Shown here piece by piece: positions 8,488-18,803 of a stretch of DNA of 64,000 nucleotides; the stretch's first letter is position 1, and every line of letters begins with the position of its first letter. The translations under genes were made by a program, and so were the position numbers. Source of the DNA: Candidatus Liptonbacteria bacterium (GTDB lineage: Bacteria > Patescibacteriota > Minisyncoccia > UBA6257 > 2-01-FULL-56-20); the NCBI GenBank assembly GCA_023244895.1, contig JAHFLL010000001.1, positions 489,802 to 553,801 on the forward strand, in the 5' to 3' direction. The notes beneath the pieces are model-generated. The model was not told where the DNA came from, did not search any database, and saw only the letters and a list, made by a program, of their open reading frames with translations.

Positions 8488-9560
8488 CTTACCTTCAGCT
8501 TCTTCTCCTCTCTAAATCTATCTAAAGCCAACTGGATAAGACGGTCTATCAGCTCACCGTAAGGCATACCGGAAGCCTCCCAGAGCTTGGGGTACATACT
8601 GATATTGGTAAAACCGGGCAGGGTGTTTATCTCGTTAACCAGCACTTCGCCGTTCTCTTTCAGGAAGCAGTCAACTCTGCCCAAGCCTTCGCAATTTAAC
8701 GCTTTGAAGGTTCTGATTGCTAGACCCTGCACTTTCTTTACAACATCTTCCGGCAAAATGGCGGGGATTTTCAAATCCGCTCCGTTCTCGTCCAGATATT
8801 TCGCCTCATAAGAGTAAAACTCATGTCTCGCCACAACTTCTCCCGGCACGGAAGCGATGGGGTTCTCATTGCCCAGTACGGAACACTCTATCTCGCGGCC
8901 GGGTATGAATTCTTCCAGGACTATTTTCCGATCATATTGAAAAGCATCTTTTAGCGCCGTCTCGTAACCAGGCTCATCTTTTATCTTATGCACCCCCACC
9001 GAAGAACCCATATTGGCCGGTTTCATAAAGAATGGCGAACCTATTTTTTCAACCACCTCTCCATATCTCATCTTATCTGAGCCGGGAGCTAGGGTTATAA
9101 ATTTTCCGATAGGTATGCCGGCATCACGCAAAATATGCTTCATCACGTCCTTATCCATGCCAACTGCCGAACCTAACACGCTTGGACCAACGAAAGGGAT
9201 ATCCGCCAACTTCAAAAGACCTTGGACCGTGCCATCTTCGCCAAACGGTCCATGTAAGATCGCAAAGGCCACATCTACTTTAGGGAATATATTTTCCGAA
9301 TCCCCAACCCCTCCAAATCTAAATGCAAGCGCGTCTGATTCTTTTTCTATATCCGCCAGCGAGATGGTCGGCTTATCCGCACGAAGTAGGCTCTCTGTTT
9401 TCACCTTATACCACTCTCCTGACTTAGCTATGCCTATCGCCTGCACTTCGTATTTTTCTGGATCCAAGGCGCGTACAATATTACGAGCAGACTGGATGGA
9501 AACCTCATGCTCCGCGGAGCGCCCACCAAAAATAACCGCTACTTTCAGTTTTTGAATCAT
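8475..9560 (-). CDS. ddl: D-alanine--D-alanine ligase
   Basis: The N-terminus KLKVAVIFGGRSAEHEVSIQSA and the ATP-grasp core (EVLVNEINTLPGFT) match Ddl. Its 3' end overlaps the convergent glycosyltransferase gene by 13 nt. Confidence 0.9.
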   Translation of the reverse strand: MIQKLKVAVIFGGRSAEHEVSIQSARNIVRALDPEKYEVQAIGIAKSGEWYKVKTESLLRADKPTISLADIEKESDALAFRFGGVGDSENIFPKVDVAFAILHGPFGEDGTVQGLLKLADIPFVGPSVLGSAVGMDKDVMKHILRDAGIPIGKFITLAPGSDKMRYGEVVEKIGSPFFMKPANMGSSVGVHKIKDEPGYETALKDAFQYDRKIVLEEFIPGREIECSVLGNENPIASVPGEVVARHEFYSYEAKYLDENGADLKIPAILPEDVVKKVQGLAIRTFKALNCEGLGRVDCFLKENGEVLVNEINTLPGFTNISMYPKLWEASGMPYGELIDRLIQLALDRFREEKKLKVSYLK

Positions 9561-9584
9561 AGAGATACTTTAACTAGCGTAGGG

Positions 9585-9625
9585 CTAAAAGACAAATCCC
9601 CTACGCCAGCTGGCGCAGGGGATTT
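9585..9625 (-). terminator. Rho-independent terminator-like hairpin downstream of rplU
   Basis: A 15-bp stem, aaatcccctacgcca/tggcgcaggggattt, with a 2-nt loop and one mismatch. On the minus strand it is followed by GTCTTTT. Confidence 0.45.
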
Positions 9626-9649
9626 GCTTCAAGCTGTATGTTCTAAAAT

Positions 9650-9961
9650 TTACACGCTTACCACCGTCACTTCCGTAAGCTCTTGGCGATGACCCTTCTT
9701 CCTGCGATAACGAGTCTTGGAGTGATACTTAAAAATTATCTTCTTTTTATCCCGCATTTGGCGAGCTACTGTGGTCACAACCTTGGCACCTGCGACATAG
9801 GGATCCCCGACCTCTACCTTATCCCCATCCGCTACCAGTAACACCTTATCAAAAACCAAGTCCGCCCCGGCAACACCTGCCAGTTTTTCCACTTTTATCT
9901 TATCCCCCGCGGAAACCTTGTATTGCTTCCCGCCGGTTTCTATTACAGCAAATTTAGACAT
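9650..9961 (-). CDS. rplU: 50S ribosomal protein L21
   Basis: The N-terminus MSKFAVIETGGKQYKVSAGDKIKVEKL is typical of L21. No rpmA (L27) gene follows it. Confidence 0.9.
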   Translation of the reverse strand: MSKFAVIETGGKQYKVSAGDKIKVEKLAGVAGADLVFDKVLLVADGDKVEVGDPYVAGAKVVTTVARQMRDKKKIIFKYHSKTRYRRKKGHRQELTEVTVVSV

Positions 9962-10043
9962 TGTATTTTATCGATCCGAACTGTCCCGAATGCCCCAAAT
10001 CACTTCGGATAATTCGGATGTATTCGTAGATTGGGATTACTTT

Positions 10044-10403
10044 TTAATTGACCCCTATTATAGCCGCAAAACCTATAAAAAGCAAGGCTCCTATAAAAAC
10101 ATTAACCCCGGTAACAATGCGGGCCAACATGGTGTCGCGATTCGCCAATTCTAGGGCTAATACTAGATTTAAGAAGGTTAAAATTACTCCAAAACCGCCT
10201 GCCCAGGCCAAATCACCGAAAGAACCATACTGATTTATGCCGTCCAAGTTGTTGAAGTGCACAACGAGAGTTGGTCCGGTTTCATACGAATAGAACACTA
10301 GCCACAAGTAGCCCGCTAAGGACAAAATCGGCCCCAAGAGAGAAATCAGCGTGATTAAACGATGCCTTTTTACTTTATCTAATTGCCGTCCGATAAAATT
10401 CAT
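10044..10403 (-). CDS. Small hypothetical membrane protein
   Basis: There are three predicted TM helices. The likely start is the internal Met (MNFIGRQLDK...) 1 nt after the galT-like stop. The longer track ORF would overlap galT. Confidence 0.45.
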   Translation of the reverse strand: MNFIGRQLDKVKRHRLITLISLLGPILSLAGYLWLVFYSYETGPTLVVHFNNLDGINQYGSFGDLAWAGGFGVILTFLNLVLALELANRDTMLARIVTGVNVFIGALLFIGFAAIIGVN

Positions 10404-10404
10404 A

Positions 10405-11400
10405 TTATTTTTTCCTACCACGCAAAAGCGCAGCGGCAAAGTCGGGATCTATCATGTTTATCTCCACTCCCGTGCCTAACTCGAAACCGGCCTCGGGAGG
10501 AGGTACGTTCGGCATAACCTCAATATGCCAGTGATAGTGGCTATGATCCTCCTTGTTCTTAAGAGGTGCTCCATGGATATAAAAATTAAGGTCTGGATCG
10601 TGCAAGCTCTTGCGCACCATTTTGAGAGTTTTTTGCAAAACCTCTGCAACTCCTATCAAAACCTTATCGCCCGAATCCTCAAAGTTAGGTATGTGGGTTT
10701 TAGGAAATATTCTTATCTCAAACTTCTTACGGGAAGCAAATGGGCAAATCGCAATGGCCTCTTTGTTCTGGCAAACGATTCTGCTTTTATGTCTTTTCTC
10801 GTAAGTCAGCATAGCGCAATGCGCGCATTGATTGTGTTCTTTGACATAGAGATGTGAACCGGACAAAGAGCGGCGGGCTTCGTTTGGAATAACCGGCAAG
10901 GCTAATATCTGGAAGTGGGGATGGTATAGGGATGCGCCCGCGCTCGGTCCCCAATTGTGAAAACCTATCGCATAGCTGAAACAACTATCCTCTGCGAGAG
11001 TGCGATACCGTTCCCGAATAACCCGCAGAACATCAACTGCCTTGCCCGGAGCTAAGTCAGCATAAGGACAATTATGATCCTTCAGTACGACCACGTCATG
11101 CGCGCCGATACCACTTCTGGTTTCATAGGGACCAACCACATTTCTAACCGCACATTTCATACCGTGCGTTACAGCGGGATATTTATTCGGTATAACGACC
11201 ACCTCCCACTTCGCCTCATTTGGCATTGAAATCATGGGTGGCCAGTTGCCGGTTTTCTTTAGATCTTCGAAGGGGCAACCTTCTTTGGGCACGACTACTC
11301 GTTTTGCCATGCCCTTGCGTATATCGTGAGGACGCCGTGCCCGTTCCGGCGCGTTAATTACCCAATCCCCCGTTACTAAGTCTTGTCTGTATTCAGCCAT
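10405..11400 (-). CDS. Galactose-1-phosphate uridylyltransferase-like protein (GalT/HIT superfamily)
   Basis: There are two HIT-like half domains. The active-site-like HPHFQI sits in the first and HYHWHIEV in the second. The region near the N-terminus reads EGCPFEDL. Confidence 0.65.
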   Translation of the reverse strand: MAEYRQDLVTGDWVINAPERARRPHDIRKGMAKRVVVPKEGCPFEDLKKTGNWPPMISMPNEAKWEVVVIPNKYPAVTHGMKCAVRNVVGPYETRSGIGAHDVVVLKDHNCPYADLAPGKAVDVLRVIRERYRTLAEDSCFSYAIGFHNWGPSAGASLYHPHFQILALPVIPNEARRSLSGSHLYVKEHNQCAHCAMLTYEKRHKSRIVCQNKEAIAICPFASRKKFEIRIFPKTHIPNFEDSGDKVLIGVAEVLQKTLKMVRKSLHDPDLNFYIHGAPLKNKEDHSHYHWHIEVMPNVPPPEAGFELGTGVEINMIDPDFAAALLRGRKK

Positions 11401-11446
11401 ATACCATACAGAATATATTATTTAGAAGTTAGAATCTAGTTCTGTG

Positions 11447-11518
11447 TGCGCGCACAAGGGATCGGACCTTGGACCTCTTCGATGTGAACGAAGCGCTCTA
11501 CCACTGAGCTATGCGCGC
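11447..11518 (-). tRNA. tRNA-Val(CAC)
   Basis: The reverse complement folds as a cloverleaf. The acceptor is GCGCGCA/TGCGCGC, the D arm GCTC-AGTGGTA-GAGC, the anticodon stem CTTCG/CGAAG with loop TTCACAT, and the T arm CAAGG-TTCGATC-CCTTG. CCA is not encoded. Confidence 0.85.
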
Positions 11519-11537
11519 CATTGCCTGGATAATATAA

Positions 11538-11572
11538 ACAAAACGGGCGCATTTTTCAATGCGCCCGTTTTG
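11538..11572 (-). terminator. Rho-independent terminator hairpin
   Basis: aacgggcgcatt-tttc-aatgcgcccgtt is a 12-bp perfect stem. A T-rich tract follows on the minus strand (TTTGTTTATATT), downstream of the 11595..12014 gene. Confidence 0.55.
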
Positions 11573-11594
11573 TGACAGTAATCGCCAGCACGGC

Positions 11595-12014
11595 CTATTG
11601 CGGTTCGCATCCGCCATAAACCGGACCCCAGCTGATCCCCCATATGGGCTTATCTCCCATGTTTTTGCATTCTTCTGCGGAAATTTTATCTGCATAAACA
11701 ACAAAATAACCTCCGTTATCCGGACAGACATCCCCGAAACATTGATAAATCTCATTGACCATTCTACCTTTGTACCAACCTAAAAATTTAAGATGGTTTT
11801 GCGTTTTAGACACCCAATCCGAGTCACCGTTCCTACTGGCATCCAATTGATCCACTCTATTTTTTTCTTTCTGCAGATCTGCCTGAGTCATATTTCTCAG
11901 ATAATTATGGAATCCTAACCTATAATCAACTCCAATAATCATAGCTAGAACAATGATTAAAGCTGAAATAGATACTTTTGCCTTCTTGCTCATGTTGTAA
12001 ATAATACCATACAC
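11595..12014 (-). CDS. Hypothetical membrane-anchored or secreted protein
   Basis: A 139-aa protein with an N-terminal TM helix (ISALIIVLAMIIGV). It has no recognisable domain. Confidence 0.5.
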   Translation of the reverse strand: MYGIIYNMSKKAKVSISALIIVLAMIIGVDYRLGFHNYLRNMTQADLQKEKNRVDQLDASRNGDSDWVSKTQNHLKFLGWYKGRMVNEIYQCFGDVCPDNGGYFVVYADKISAEECKNMGDKPIWGISWGPVYGGCEPQ

Positions 12015-12077
12015 ACAACCAACGCAAACTAAAACCGCCCCAGATGAGGCGGCTTTAGAACCAAGCGAAGCTAGTTG

Positions 12078-12446
12078 CTACTGAAGTTCGACAGTCGCAC
12101 CGGCACCCTCTAGTTTGGCCTTCAATTCGTCCGCCTCTTCCTTCTTCAGGCCCTCCTTTATCACCTTGGGAGCGGCGTCTACCATGTCTTTGGCCTCCTT
12201 AAGGCCCAGACCGGTCGCTTCCCGCACCACCTTGATAACATTTATCTTCTGCTCGCCCGCGGACTTCAACATAACGTTGAAGGCGGACTTCTCTTCCGCC
12301 GGAGCGGAACTAGCAGCGGCGGCGGCAACCGGAGCCGCGGCGGAGATTCCAAACTTTTCCTCCAGAGCCTTGACCAACTCGGCCAATTCCAGGGCGGTCA
12401 GTTTCTCAATCTCAGAGATTAATTTCTCAAATTTTTCGTTTGCCAT
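12078..12446 (-). CDS. rplL: 50S ribosomal protein L7/L12
   Basis: The N-terminus [33 protein letters not shown] and an Ala/Pro hinge are followed by a C-terminal domain reading [29 protein letters not shown]. Confidence 0.95.
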   Translation of the reverse strand: MANEKFEKLISEIEKLTALELAELVKALEEKFGISAAAPVAAAAASSAPAEEKSAFNVMLKSAGEQKINVIKVVREATGLGLKEAKDMVDAAPKVIKEGLKKEEADELKAKLEGAGATVELQ

Positions 12447-12476
12447 GTTTTTGTATTATTTATCGACTTTAATTAA

Positions 12477-13001
12477 TTACTTAGATGGTTCGGCAGAGCT
12501 CGCCATCTTTGACTTCTGATCTAAGACATACAAGAAAGAGCGAATGGGCGCGGCGAGCATACCCAAGAGCTGGCCCAAGAGGGCCTCTCTCGGAGGCAAC
12601 TTGCCGATGAAGACGGCCTGCTCCGCGGGAATAAACGTTCCCGCCATCACGTCGTATCCTCCCAACATTCTCATCTTGTCTATCTTTCTCTCTATTACTA
12701 GACCCTGAAAGAATTTGTAGACCGAAGCGGAAGCGGATTCCAGGTTGGAAGCGAAAACCGCTCCGACCGGCATCTTAAAATCCGCGTTTTGGAACTCAAT
12801 ATTCTTGTCCTTCAAAAGCAGTCCCAGAAGACGCTTCTTAATGATCAAAAGCGGATTACCGCTCTTCTTGAGTTCTTGGCGCAAATTGCGCAAGTCGGCA
12901 GTCCTGACTTTAGAAAAATCTATAAGCAAAACCACCTGGCTATCCTTTAGCAATTTTCTGCCTTTTTCTAATTCCTCGTTTTTTTGAGCTTTACTTTTCA
13001 T
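12477..13001 (-). CDS. rplJ: 50S ribosomal protein L10
   Basis: The L10 signature VVLLIDFSKVRTADLRNLRQELKKSGNPLLIIKKRL is present. The gene sits immediately upstream of rplL. A roughly 200-nt untranslated region at 13002-13201 precedes it, and that region contains the GGTCGCTCACGCGACC palindrome. Confidence 0.85.
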   Translation of the reverse strand: MKSKAQKNEELEKGRKLLKDSQVVLLIDFSKVRTADLRNLRQELKKSGNPLLIIKKRLLGLLLKDKNIEFQNADFKMPVGAVFASNLESASASVYKFFQGLVIERKIDKMRMLGGYDVMAGTFIPAEQAVFIGKLPPREALLGQLLGMLAAPIRSFLYVLDQKSKMASSAEPSK

Positions 13002-13201
13002 TTATTGTACAGATGTACTATTTCGACCTTGGCAGTTCCTTAAACGATAAATCGCCCGTTCCAGGGCGACAAAAGCAGACGAAATATCTGCCTCCTCGGT
13101 TGGGTTTATGGTCGCTCACGCGACCCACCAACTGTCTTTGGAACTTGGCAAGATATTAACCCAAATAGACCCAAAAGTCAACATTTAGGAACATGTCGGA
13201 A

Positions 13202-13636
13202 CTATCGAACCTGCACCGACTGCGCCGTAATACTACCGTCCGGGTTTTGGCTGCCCATAACCGTAACCTGCCCACCCGAGACCAGATCGGACATAGAACC
13301 GGCGGTTGACTTTAGAACTTGAGTAGAACTGGAAACAAATACTATTCTGGAACCGCCATCCCTCAATTTAACGGTGATACTCTTGTCGTCCAGACTGATT
13401 ATTTCTCCCCCCACGAAGCCGCCTCCTCTTAGATTTCCCATCATCCTATTCTGTCCGCTATACGCGCCGCCCATCATTCCGACCACACGACCCTGGAAGT
13501 TGCGCGCATCCTGATTCGGAAGGTTCAGAGAATTCTGTCCGCCGGACCTGAATCCCAAATAGAACGCAAACACTCCAACTACAACCGCTGTTATTATGGC
13601 TAACGGAACCCGGCCGATATCTTTTATTTTTTTCAT
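13202..13636 (-). CDS. Hypothetical secreted or membrane-anchored Gly-rich protein
   Basis: A 144-aa protein with an N-terminal TM helix. It lies directly upstream of the ABC transporter genes. Confidence 0.45.
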   Translation of the reverse strand: MKKIKDIGRVPLAIITAVVVGVFAFYLGFRSGGQNSLNLPNQDARNFQGRVVGMMGGAYSGQNRMMGNLRGGGFVGGEIISLDDKSITVKLRDGGSRIVFVSSSTQVLKSTAGSMSDLVSGGQVTVMGSQNPDGSITAQSVQVR

Positions 13637-13667
13637 TTTTTGTTTTTTATTTTTACGACTTTATTTT

Positions 13668-14891
13668 TTATTCGTATCTTAAAGCCTCAATTGGATTCAG
13701 GCTCGCGGCGCGGCGGGCGGGATAATAACCGAAAACTATTCCTATCGCCGCGGATACACCGAAAGCCAAAAGAATGGAATTGTAGGATATCTGCGTTGCT
13801 ATGCTGGCAAACTGAGAAACTGCCAGTGCCAAAAGCCAGCCTAAAATTACGCCGAACACTCCGCCCAAAAAAGTAAGCATAACCGACTCCGCCAAAAACT
13901 GAGTGCTGATATCAGATTTTTTGGCGCCAATCGCTTTACGTAAACCGATTTCCCTGGTTCTCTCGGTAACGGTCGTAAGCATCATATTCATGATTCCGAT
14001 GCCGCCCACCAGAAGAGATATGCTGGCGATAGCGCTTAGCAGAATAGTGAAAATACTTGTCACCGAAGATGCGGTAGCTACAATATCGGACTGGTTTAAT
14101 ACATTAAAATCTTTGAGCTGGGGGTCGGAGATATGGTGGCGCGACACTAGCAAGTCCGTGACCTGTTGCTGCATGTCGGTCATAGTTTCCTGGTTTTCAG
14201 CCTGGATACTTATGGTCGTAACGTACGTATCCCCCGCTAAGAAGCGCTGAGCGGTAGAGAGTGGAACGAAAATCATATCATCCTGACTGCCGAAACCGCT
14301 GCCGCCTTTGGCCTTCGTAATGCCGACTATCTTAAAATCAACCTTATTAATTCGGATAGTCTGTCCGATTGGGATAGTGTCTGACCCGAATAAATCGTCT
14401 CGCACGGTCGGCCCGATCACGGCCACCTTCGCGATACTGCGGACGTTCTGATCGGAGATAAAGGATCCTTGATCCACTTCTACGTTCCTGACCCCGGGAT
14501 ACGCGGACACGGTTCCCACAACCTGGGTGTTGGTATTCTTGCCGGGAGAAGTCACCTGGTATCTCCTGGATATTTCCGGAGCAACCGCTTTGGCACTCGT
14601 AATGTCTTTTATGATGGCGTCCGCATCTTCCTGGGTTAAAGTTTGAGCCGAACCTCTTCCGGCGCTCACCTGTACTCCCGGCCCGCGTTGCGCGCCAGGC
14701 ATAACTAGAAGCAGATTAGAGCCTATTGACTGGATACTGGTCTCAATCGAGCTCTGCGCGCCCTGGCCGATGGAAACCATGGCGATAACTGAACCAATCC
14801 CGATTACAATACCTAAGATAGTCAGCCCGGATCGAACCTTGTTTACCGTGAGCGAGGAGTATGTTTCTTTAAACAGATCAGAAATGGTCAT
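13668..14891 (-). CDS. ABC transporter permease, MacB/FtsX family
   Basis: It has an N-terminal TM helix, a large periplasmic MacB-like core, and a C-terminal FtsX 3-TM bundle reading TREIGLRKAIGAKKSDISTQFLAESVMLTFLGGVFGVILG. Confidence 0.9.
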   Translation of the reverse strand: MTISDLFKETYSSLTVNKVRSGLTILGIVIGIGSVIAMVSIGQGAQSSIETSIQSIGSNLLLVMPGAQRGPGVQVSAGRGSAQTLTQEDADAIIKDITSAKAVAPEISRRYQVTSPGKNTNTQVVGTVSAYPGVRNVEVDQGSFISDQNVRSIAKVAVIGPTVRDDLFGSDTIPIGQTIRINKVDFKIVGITKAKGGSGFGSQDDMIFVPLSTAQRFLAGDTYVTTISIQAENQETMTDMQQQVTDLLVSRHHISDPQLKDFNVLNQSDIVATASSVTSIFTILLSAIASISLLVGGIGIMNMMLTTVTERTREIGLRKAIGAKKSDISTQFLAESVMLTFLGGVFGVILGWLLALAVSQFASIATQISYNSILLAFGVSAAIGIVFGYYPARRAASLNPIEALRYE

Positions 14892-15601
14892 GCCTTGTGA
14901 TTGTGAACTATTAGCTTACGAACGTTCTTCTTGTCTTCCAATATCATTCCGTCCTGGATGTGGATTATCCTATCGGCATGCTCCGCAACATATAGCTCAT
15001 GAGTGATTAAAACAATGGTATGCTTGTGTTCTGAGTTGAGTTCTTGGAATGTTCCCAGCACAACCTCGCCGGTCTTGGTATCTAAGTTTCCGGTTGGCTC
15101 GTCCGCTAAGATTAAGGCGGGGTTGTTGACCAGCGCCCGAGCTATCGCAACCCGCTGCATCTGGCCCCCGGAGAGCTGGTTGGATAAATGGTTCCAGCGG
15201 TCTTCCGGCAGCCCGGCTGAGGTTAACGCAGCAGCAGCACGCTCCTCTCGCTGTATAGGCGGAACTCCGGCATAAATCAAAGGTAGGGAAACGTTGCGTA
15301 AAACTGTAGAGCGAGACAGAAGATTAAAAGACTGAAATACGAAACCTATTTTGTTGCGGCGGATTTCTGCCAGCTCGTCATCGCTTAATTTAGAAATATC
15401 GTGTCCATCCAGGTGATACGAACCAGAAGTAGGCGTATCGAGCGCGCCCAAAATGTGCATCAGGGTTGACTTGCCCGAACCGGACGGACCCATTATCGCA
15501 ACAAATTCACCGCTCTTGATGCTGAAAGTTATGCCTTTCAAGACTACGGTTTCTACGTCTCCGTTTACATAAGACTTGCCGATATTTTTGCAATCAATCA
15601 T
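14888..15601 (-). CDS. ABC transporter ATP-binding protein (MacB/LolD-like)
   Basis: The Walker A box is [10 protein letters not shown], the ABC signature [15 protein letters not shown], and the Walker [12 protein letters not shown]. Confidence 0.95.
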   Translation of the reverse strand: MIDCKNIGKSYVNGDVETVVLKGITFSIKSGEFVAIMGPSGSGKSTLMHILGALDTPTSGSYHLDGHDISKLSDDELAEIRRNKIGFVFQSFNLLSRSTVLRNVSLPLIYAGVPPIQREERAAAALTSAGLPEDRWNHLSNQLSGGQMQRVAIARALVNNPALILADEPTGNLDTKTGEVVLGTFQELNSEHKHTIVLITHELYVAEHADRIIHIQDGMILEDKKNVRKLIVHNHKA

Positions 15602-15604
15602 GTT

Positions 15605-17404
15605 TTATCTTCCGCCTAAGCCAGGCAGCCTAATACCACCTGCAGCGGATTGGGTCGTTTGAGCCGCAGTAGAGGAAGAAATGGTTCTTACCACTACCAG
15701 GTCTCCCTCGTTCAAACCGCTCAGAATTTCGGTTGCAGATTCGTTAGATAGTCCGATTTCTATGGTCTTGCGTGTAGGCGGAACTTTAGATGCAATCCCC
15801 TGGCTGGAAGTAGATAATCCGAGCGAACTGTCTAGAATTTCCACATACTGAGATCCATTGCTGATTTTAATCGCGGAGTTAGCCACCGTTAGAATATCCT
15901 GTTTCGAGTCGGTGATTATGGAAGCAGATACGCTCATGCCTGGTTTAATTTGATCGTCGTCGGTATCAAAAGAAATCTTCACCCCATACGACACCACGCC
16001 CTGACTCACCGTGCCGATAGAATCTACCTGGGCTACTTGCCCGGTGATAGCAAGGTCCGGGAATGCATCAAAAGTCAGAGTCGCCTTTTGGCCAACTTTT
16101 ATTTTAGCGACATCCACCTCATTTAAAGAAACTTCCGCTATCTTCTTGTCGGTTATAACCGTAGCTATCACGGTCGCAGGAGAAGCAGGATCTCGCAACT
16201 CAACATTCATTTTCCCGACCACTCCGTCGAACGGAGCTCGGACATAATAGTCGGATAGATTCTCCTGCGCATCCAAAAGACTATTCTGCTTTTGCTTCAA
16301 AGATAACTGCTGGGATTGGATATCTAAAACATCCGCGCCAGCTTTAAGCTTAGCTAAAGATTCTGTTTTTTCTTTAATCGACATATCGGCGTTCGTAATA
16401 GAATCTTTGTCATTCTGGATGCTGTTCTGAATATTGAGCAGATTACCCAGATGGGTATTAGCCGTACCAGTATAGGTTTGCAAACTTGATTCATGGGAAG
16501 CAAGAAGCGCGGGCGGATGAGCGGATTGGGAATTAGTCGTTAGGGTGTCGTTCACCAAATCTAAGAATGTTTTAGTGTTTTTTATTGCCTCAGAAATCTG
16601 TTTAGTCGTTTCGTAAGTCTCCTTAATTAAGGATTCTATCGTCGCCTTGGCCGAATAGCGGCTTACATTTTTATAGTCCTGCAGATTTTTATCATAAGAT
16701 GTCCTGGCTTTTTGATAACTGGCTATCGCAAGATCCCGAAACTGATCCGCATCCGGCCGATATCCTTTTATTAAACTGTAATAAGCATCCGCGTTGCTTT
16801 GAGAATTGTTTAGAGCGCTGCCGTTCAGAATCGTGTTTAAGCCAGTAATCAAGCCCGGAATATCTATAAAAGCATTAGAAACGGTGTTAAAACCATCATC
16901 ATAGACTTTCGCCAGATCAGACAAGGCATTCTGTTTGGCCTGGTTAGCAGAAGCCAAGCTGTTCTCAGCCTGGGTCATAGAAAGAGCATCCGCCGGTTGA
17001 ACCAGTTTTTGCAAAGCCAGCTGGGCGGACTCTAAGGCAGACTGTGCGTCTCGAACCGATTTCTCGGCCGCGGTGGCATCAAGCTTTACGAGCAATTGAC
17101 CGGATTTTACAGAGTCTCCCTGCTTCACTCCTATAAACACGATGTCTCCAGAAGCTTTAGGCTTTACGTCTACCTGGCTCTCTGCGGAAACCTGACCCGT
17201 GCCGGACACAGAAGCAATCAGTGTTCCCTTCTGGACGGAGGTAAGCACATAACGAGTCTCGCTACCCGCGGCAAACATTTTTCCATATCCATAATATGCC
17301 ACCCAAACCAAAACTATAGCTATTAGTACCGATGCTATCTTATGGCTGATAGCCCACGCCCAACATTTCTTAAAATAATGCCTTATGCCCGATATTTTAT
17401 TCAT
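15605..17404 (-). CDS. Periplasmic adaptor subunit, HlyD/MacA membrane-fusion family
   Basis: It has an N-terminal TM helix, a biotinyl/lipoyl-like beta hairpin (SGDIVFIGVKQGDSVKSGQLL), and a long coiled coil. It is co-oriented with the ABC pair. Confidence 0.8.
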   Translation of the reverse strand: MNKISGIRHYFKKCWAWAISHKIASVLIAIVLVWVAYYGYGKMFAAGSETRYVLTSVQKGTLIASVSGTGQVSAESQVDVKPKASGDIVFIGVKQGDSVKSGQLLVKLDATAAEKSVRDAQSALESAQLALQKLVQPADALSMTQAENSLASANQAKQNALSDLAKVYDDGFNTVSNAFIDIPGLITGLNTILNGSALNNSQSNADAYYSLIKGYRPDADQFRDLAIASYQKARTSYDKNLQDYKNVSRYSAKATIESLIKETYETTKQISEAIKNTKTFLDLVNDTLTTNSQSAHPPALLASHESSLQTYTGTANTHLGNLLNIQNSIQNDKDSITNADMSIKEKTESLAKLKAGADVLDIQSQQLSLKQKQNSLLDAQENLSDYYVRAPFDGVVGKMNVELRDPASPATVIATVITDKKIAEVSLNEVDVAKIKVGQKATLTFDAFPDLAITGQVAQVDSIGTVSQGVVSYGVKISFDTDDDQIKPGMSVSASIITDSKQDILTVANSAIKISNGSQYVEILDSSLGLSTSSQGIASKVPPTRKTIEIGLSNESATEILSGLNEGDLVVVRTISSSTAAQTTQSAAGGIRLPGLGGR

Positions 17405-17479
17405 GAAATAAATTTATGCCCACATACCCGAAAACGTTCCCGCTTCTTGTTTGAAGCGGGAACGTCATTCGAGAGAAGA

Positions 17480-17923
17480 CTAGGATCCGAAACCCATATG
17501 TCTGCCCATCATACCGCGTCCGGCCTTTTTTACTTTGCCCGCATTACTTTCCATGAACTTCAGCCTCTGGTCCGCCTGAGTTTGAGTTATCACGCCTTTA
17601 TCTACCAGAATCTGCAAACTTTCCTTCATTTGTTTCAGACGAACCGCTTTCATTTTGGCCTGAAGCTGTTCTTGGGTTACACCCTTCTCCTTAGCGACTT
17701 CCAGAAGAGTCTTACCATTCGCCCAGGCGTTCTTCACCTCATCTACGCCTACTCCCAGAATATCCGCTTCGGACTGAAACTTAGACTGCTGATTAGACAC
17801 GAGCTGCTCCGGGTCCATATTGCCCATACCCCAGCCAGCGGCGGAAGCGGTGCCGTATCCCAGAATACCCAGTCCGATAATTGGCAAAGCCGCGTACATT
17901 AATATTTTTGTTTTGCTTTTCAT
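17480..17923 (-). CDS. Hypothetical secreted protein
   Basis: A signal-peptide-like N-terminus (MKSKTKILMYAALPIIGLGILGYGTASA) and a Gly/Met-rich C-terminus. Confidence 0.5.
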   Translation of the reverse strand: MKSKTKILMYAALPIIGLGILGYGTASAAGWGMGNMDPEQLVSNQQSKFQSEADILGVGVDEVKNAWANGKTLLEVAKEKGVTQEQLQAKMKAVRLKQMKESLQILVDKGVITQTQADQRLKFMESNAGKVKKAGRGMMGRHMGFGS

Positions 17924-18046
17924 ATTCTTTTTTTATCTATTATTTTTTAATTTTACTTAACCTTTAAGTTGGCACGACCAGATTGATTTGCGCAGAACCC
18001 TTCTATTCGCACGCAACTACTTATTACTACAGACCTCGAGGTCTAT

Positions 18047-18802
18047 TTATTTCATTACCGGAAACATCTTGCCCGAACGGCGGAAACCAGAGTCTAAGTC
18101 AAAATCGCCTATCTCTCTTATGCCGAATGCACGAATAGTGCCAGATTCATCCTTTTGCCCAAACACAACAATGGTGTCTCCCGTTTCAAAATCGGCTCCA
18201 TATGGCAAACGTGTTTCCGGATAGATAACAACCGTGGAGGTGCCTCCAAAAACATCCTGCATTTGGAGTCCGTCCGAGTTTCTGCCAATCACCTCTCCGC
18301 GGTGCACTTCCCCGGGTCGTTGAGGCGGACCGAAATTCTTATAGAATAAACCCATCATGGGTAATTTATTTTCCTGAGCTGATCTGAAAAAACCGCGGTG
18401 CATAGGCGCCATAAAAGCACCTCCCAGTAAAACCAGTAGCAATACCGCGGAGGCGGAATATAAAAGCGGCTTGCGATAAGCAAAAGAATACTTTTTTACC
18501 AGCACTTCCAAAACAACTATAAATATGCCGGAGAGGCAGATAAGTAATAATGGCAACGAGCGCAAGAACACCAGCCAACCGCGCGGACCAAACACCGGCA
18601 CAAACCAGTTGCCAGCTTGTTGCATAGTGAAGAAAATAAAACTTATAAGATAAAACAGAAATAGAAACATTAAAGCTATGCCGGTTATAAGCAAAACTGC
18701 CCTCAACACAAAGTGCCAGCGCGGACGCATCCTAATTTTGCCACGCTTTATGGCCTCTAAAACACCGCCGCCGATATTCTTCCTGTCTTGTTCTTCGTTC
18801 AT
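18047..18802 (-). CDS. Membrane protein, putative anti-sigma factor
   Basis: A 251-aa protein with about 4 TM helices. It starts 2 nt after the ECF sigma stop. The anti-sigma role rests only on this adjacency and is inference. Confidence 0.4.
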   Translation of the reverse strand: MNEEQDRKNIGGGVLEAIKRGKIRMRPRWHFVLRAVLLITGIALMFLFLFYLISFIFFTMQQAGNWFVPVFGPRGWLVFLRSLPLLLICLSGIFIVVLEVLVKKYSFAYRKPLLYSASAVLLLVLLGGAFMAPMHRGFFRSAQENKLPMMGLFYKNFGPPQRPGEVHRGEVIGRNSDGLQMQDVFGGTSTVVIYPETRLPYGADFETGDTIVVFGQKDESGTIRAFGIREIGDFDLDSGFRRSGKMFPVMK

Positions 18803-18803
18803 T

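Noticed and set aside
13002-13201. A 200-nt leader upstream of rplJ as an L10 autoregulatory leader
   Set aside because: It is plausible by position and contains the GGTCGCTCACGCGACC palindrome. I cannot verify the L10-leader fold by eye, so it is mentioned only.
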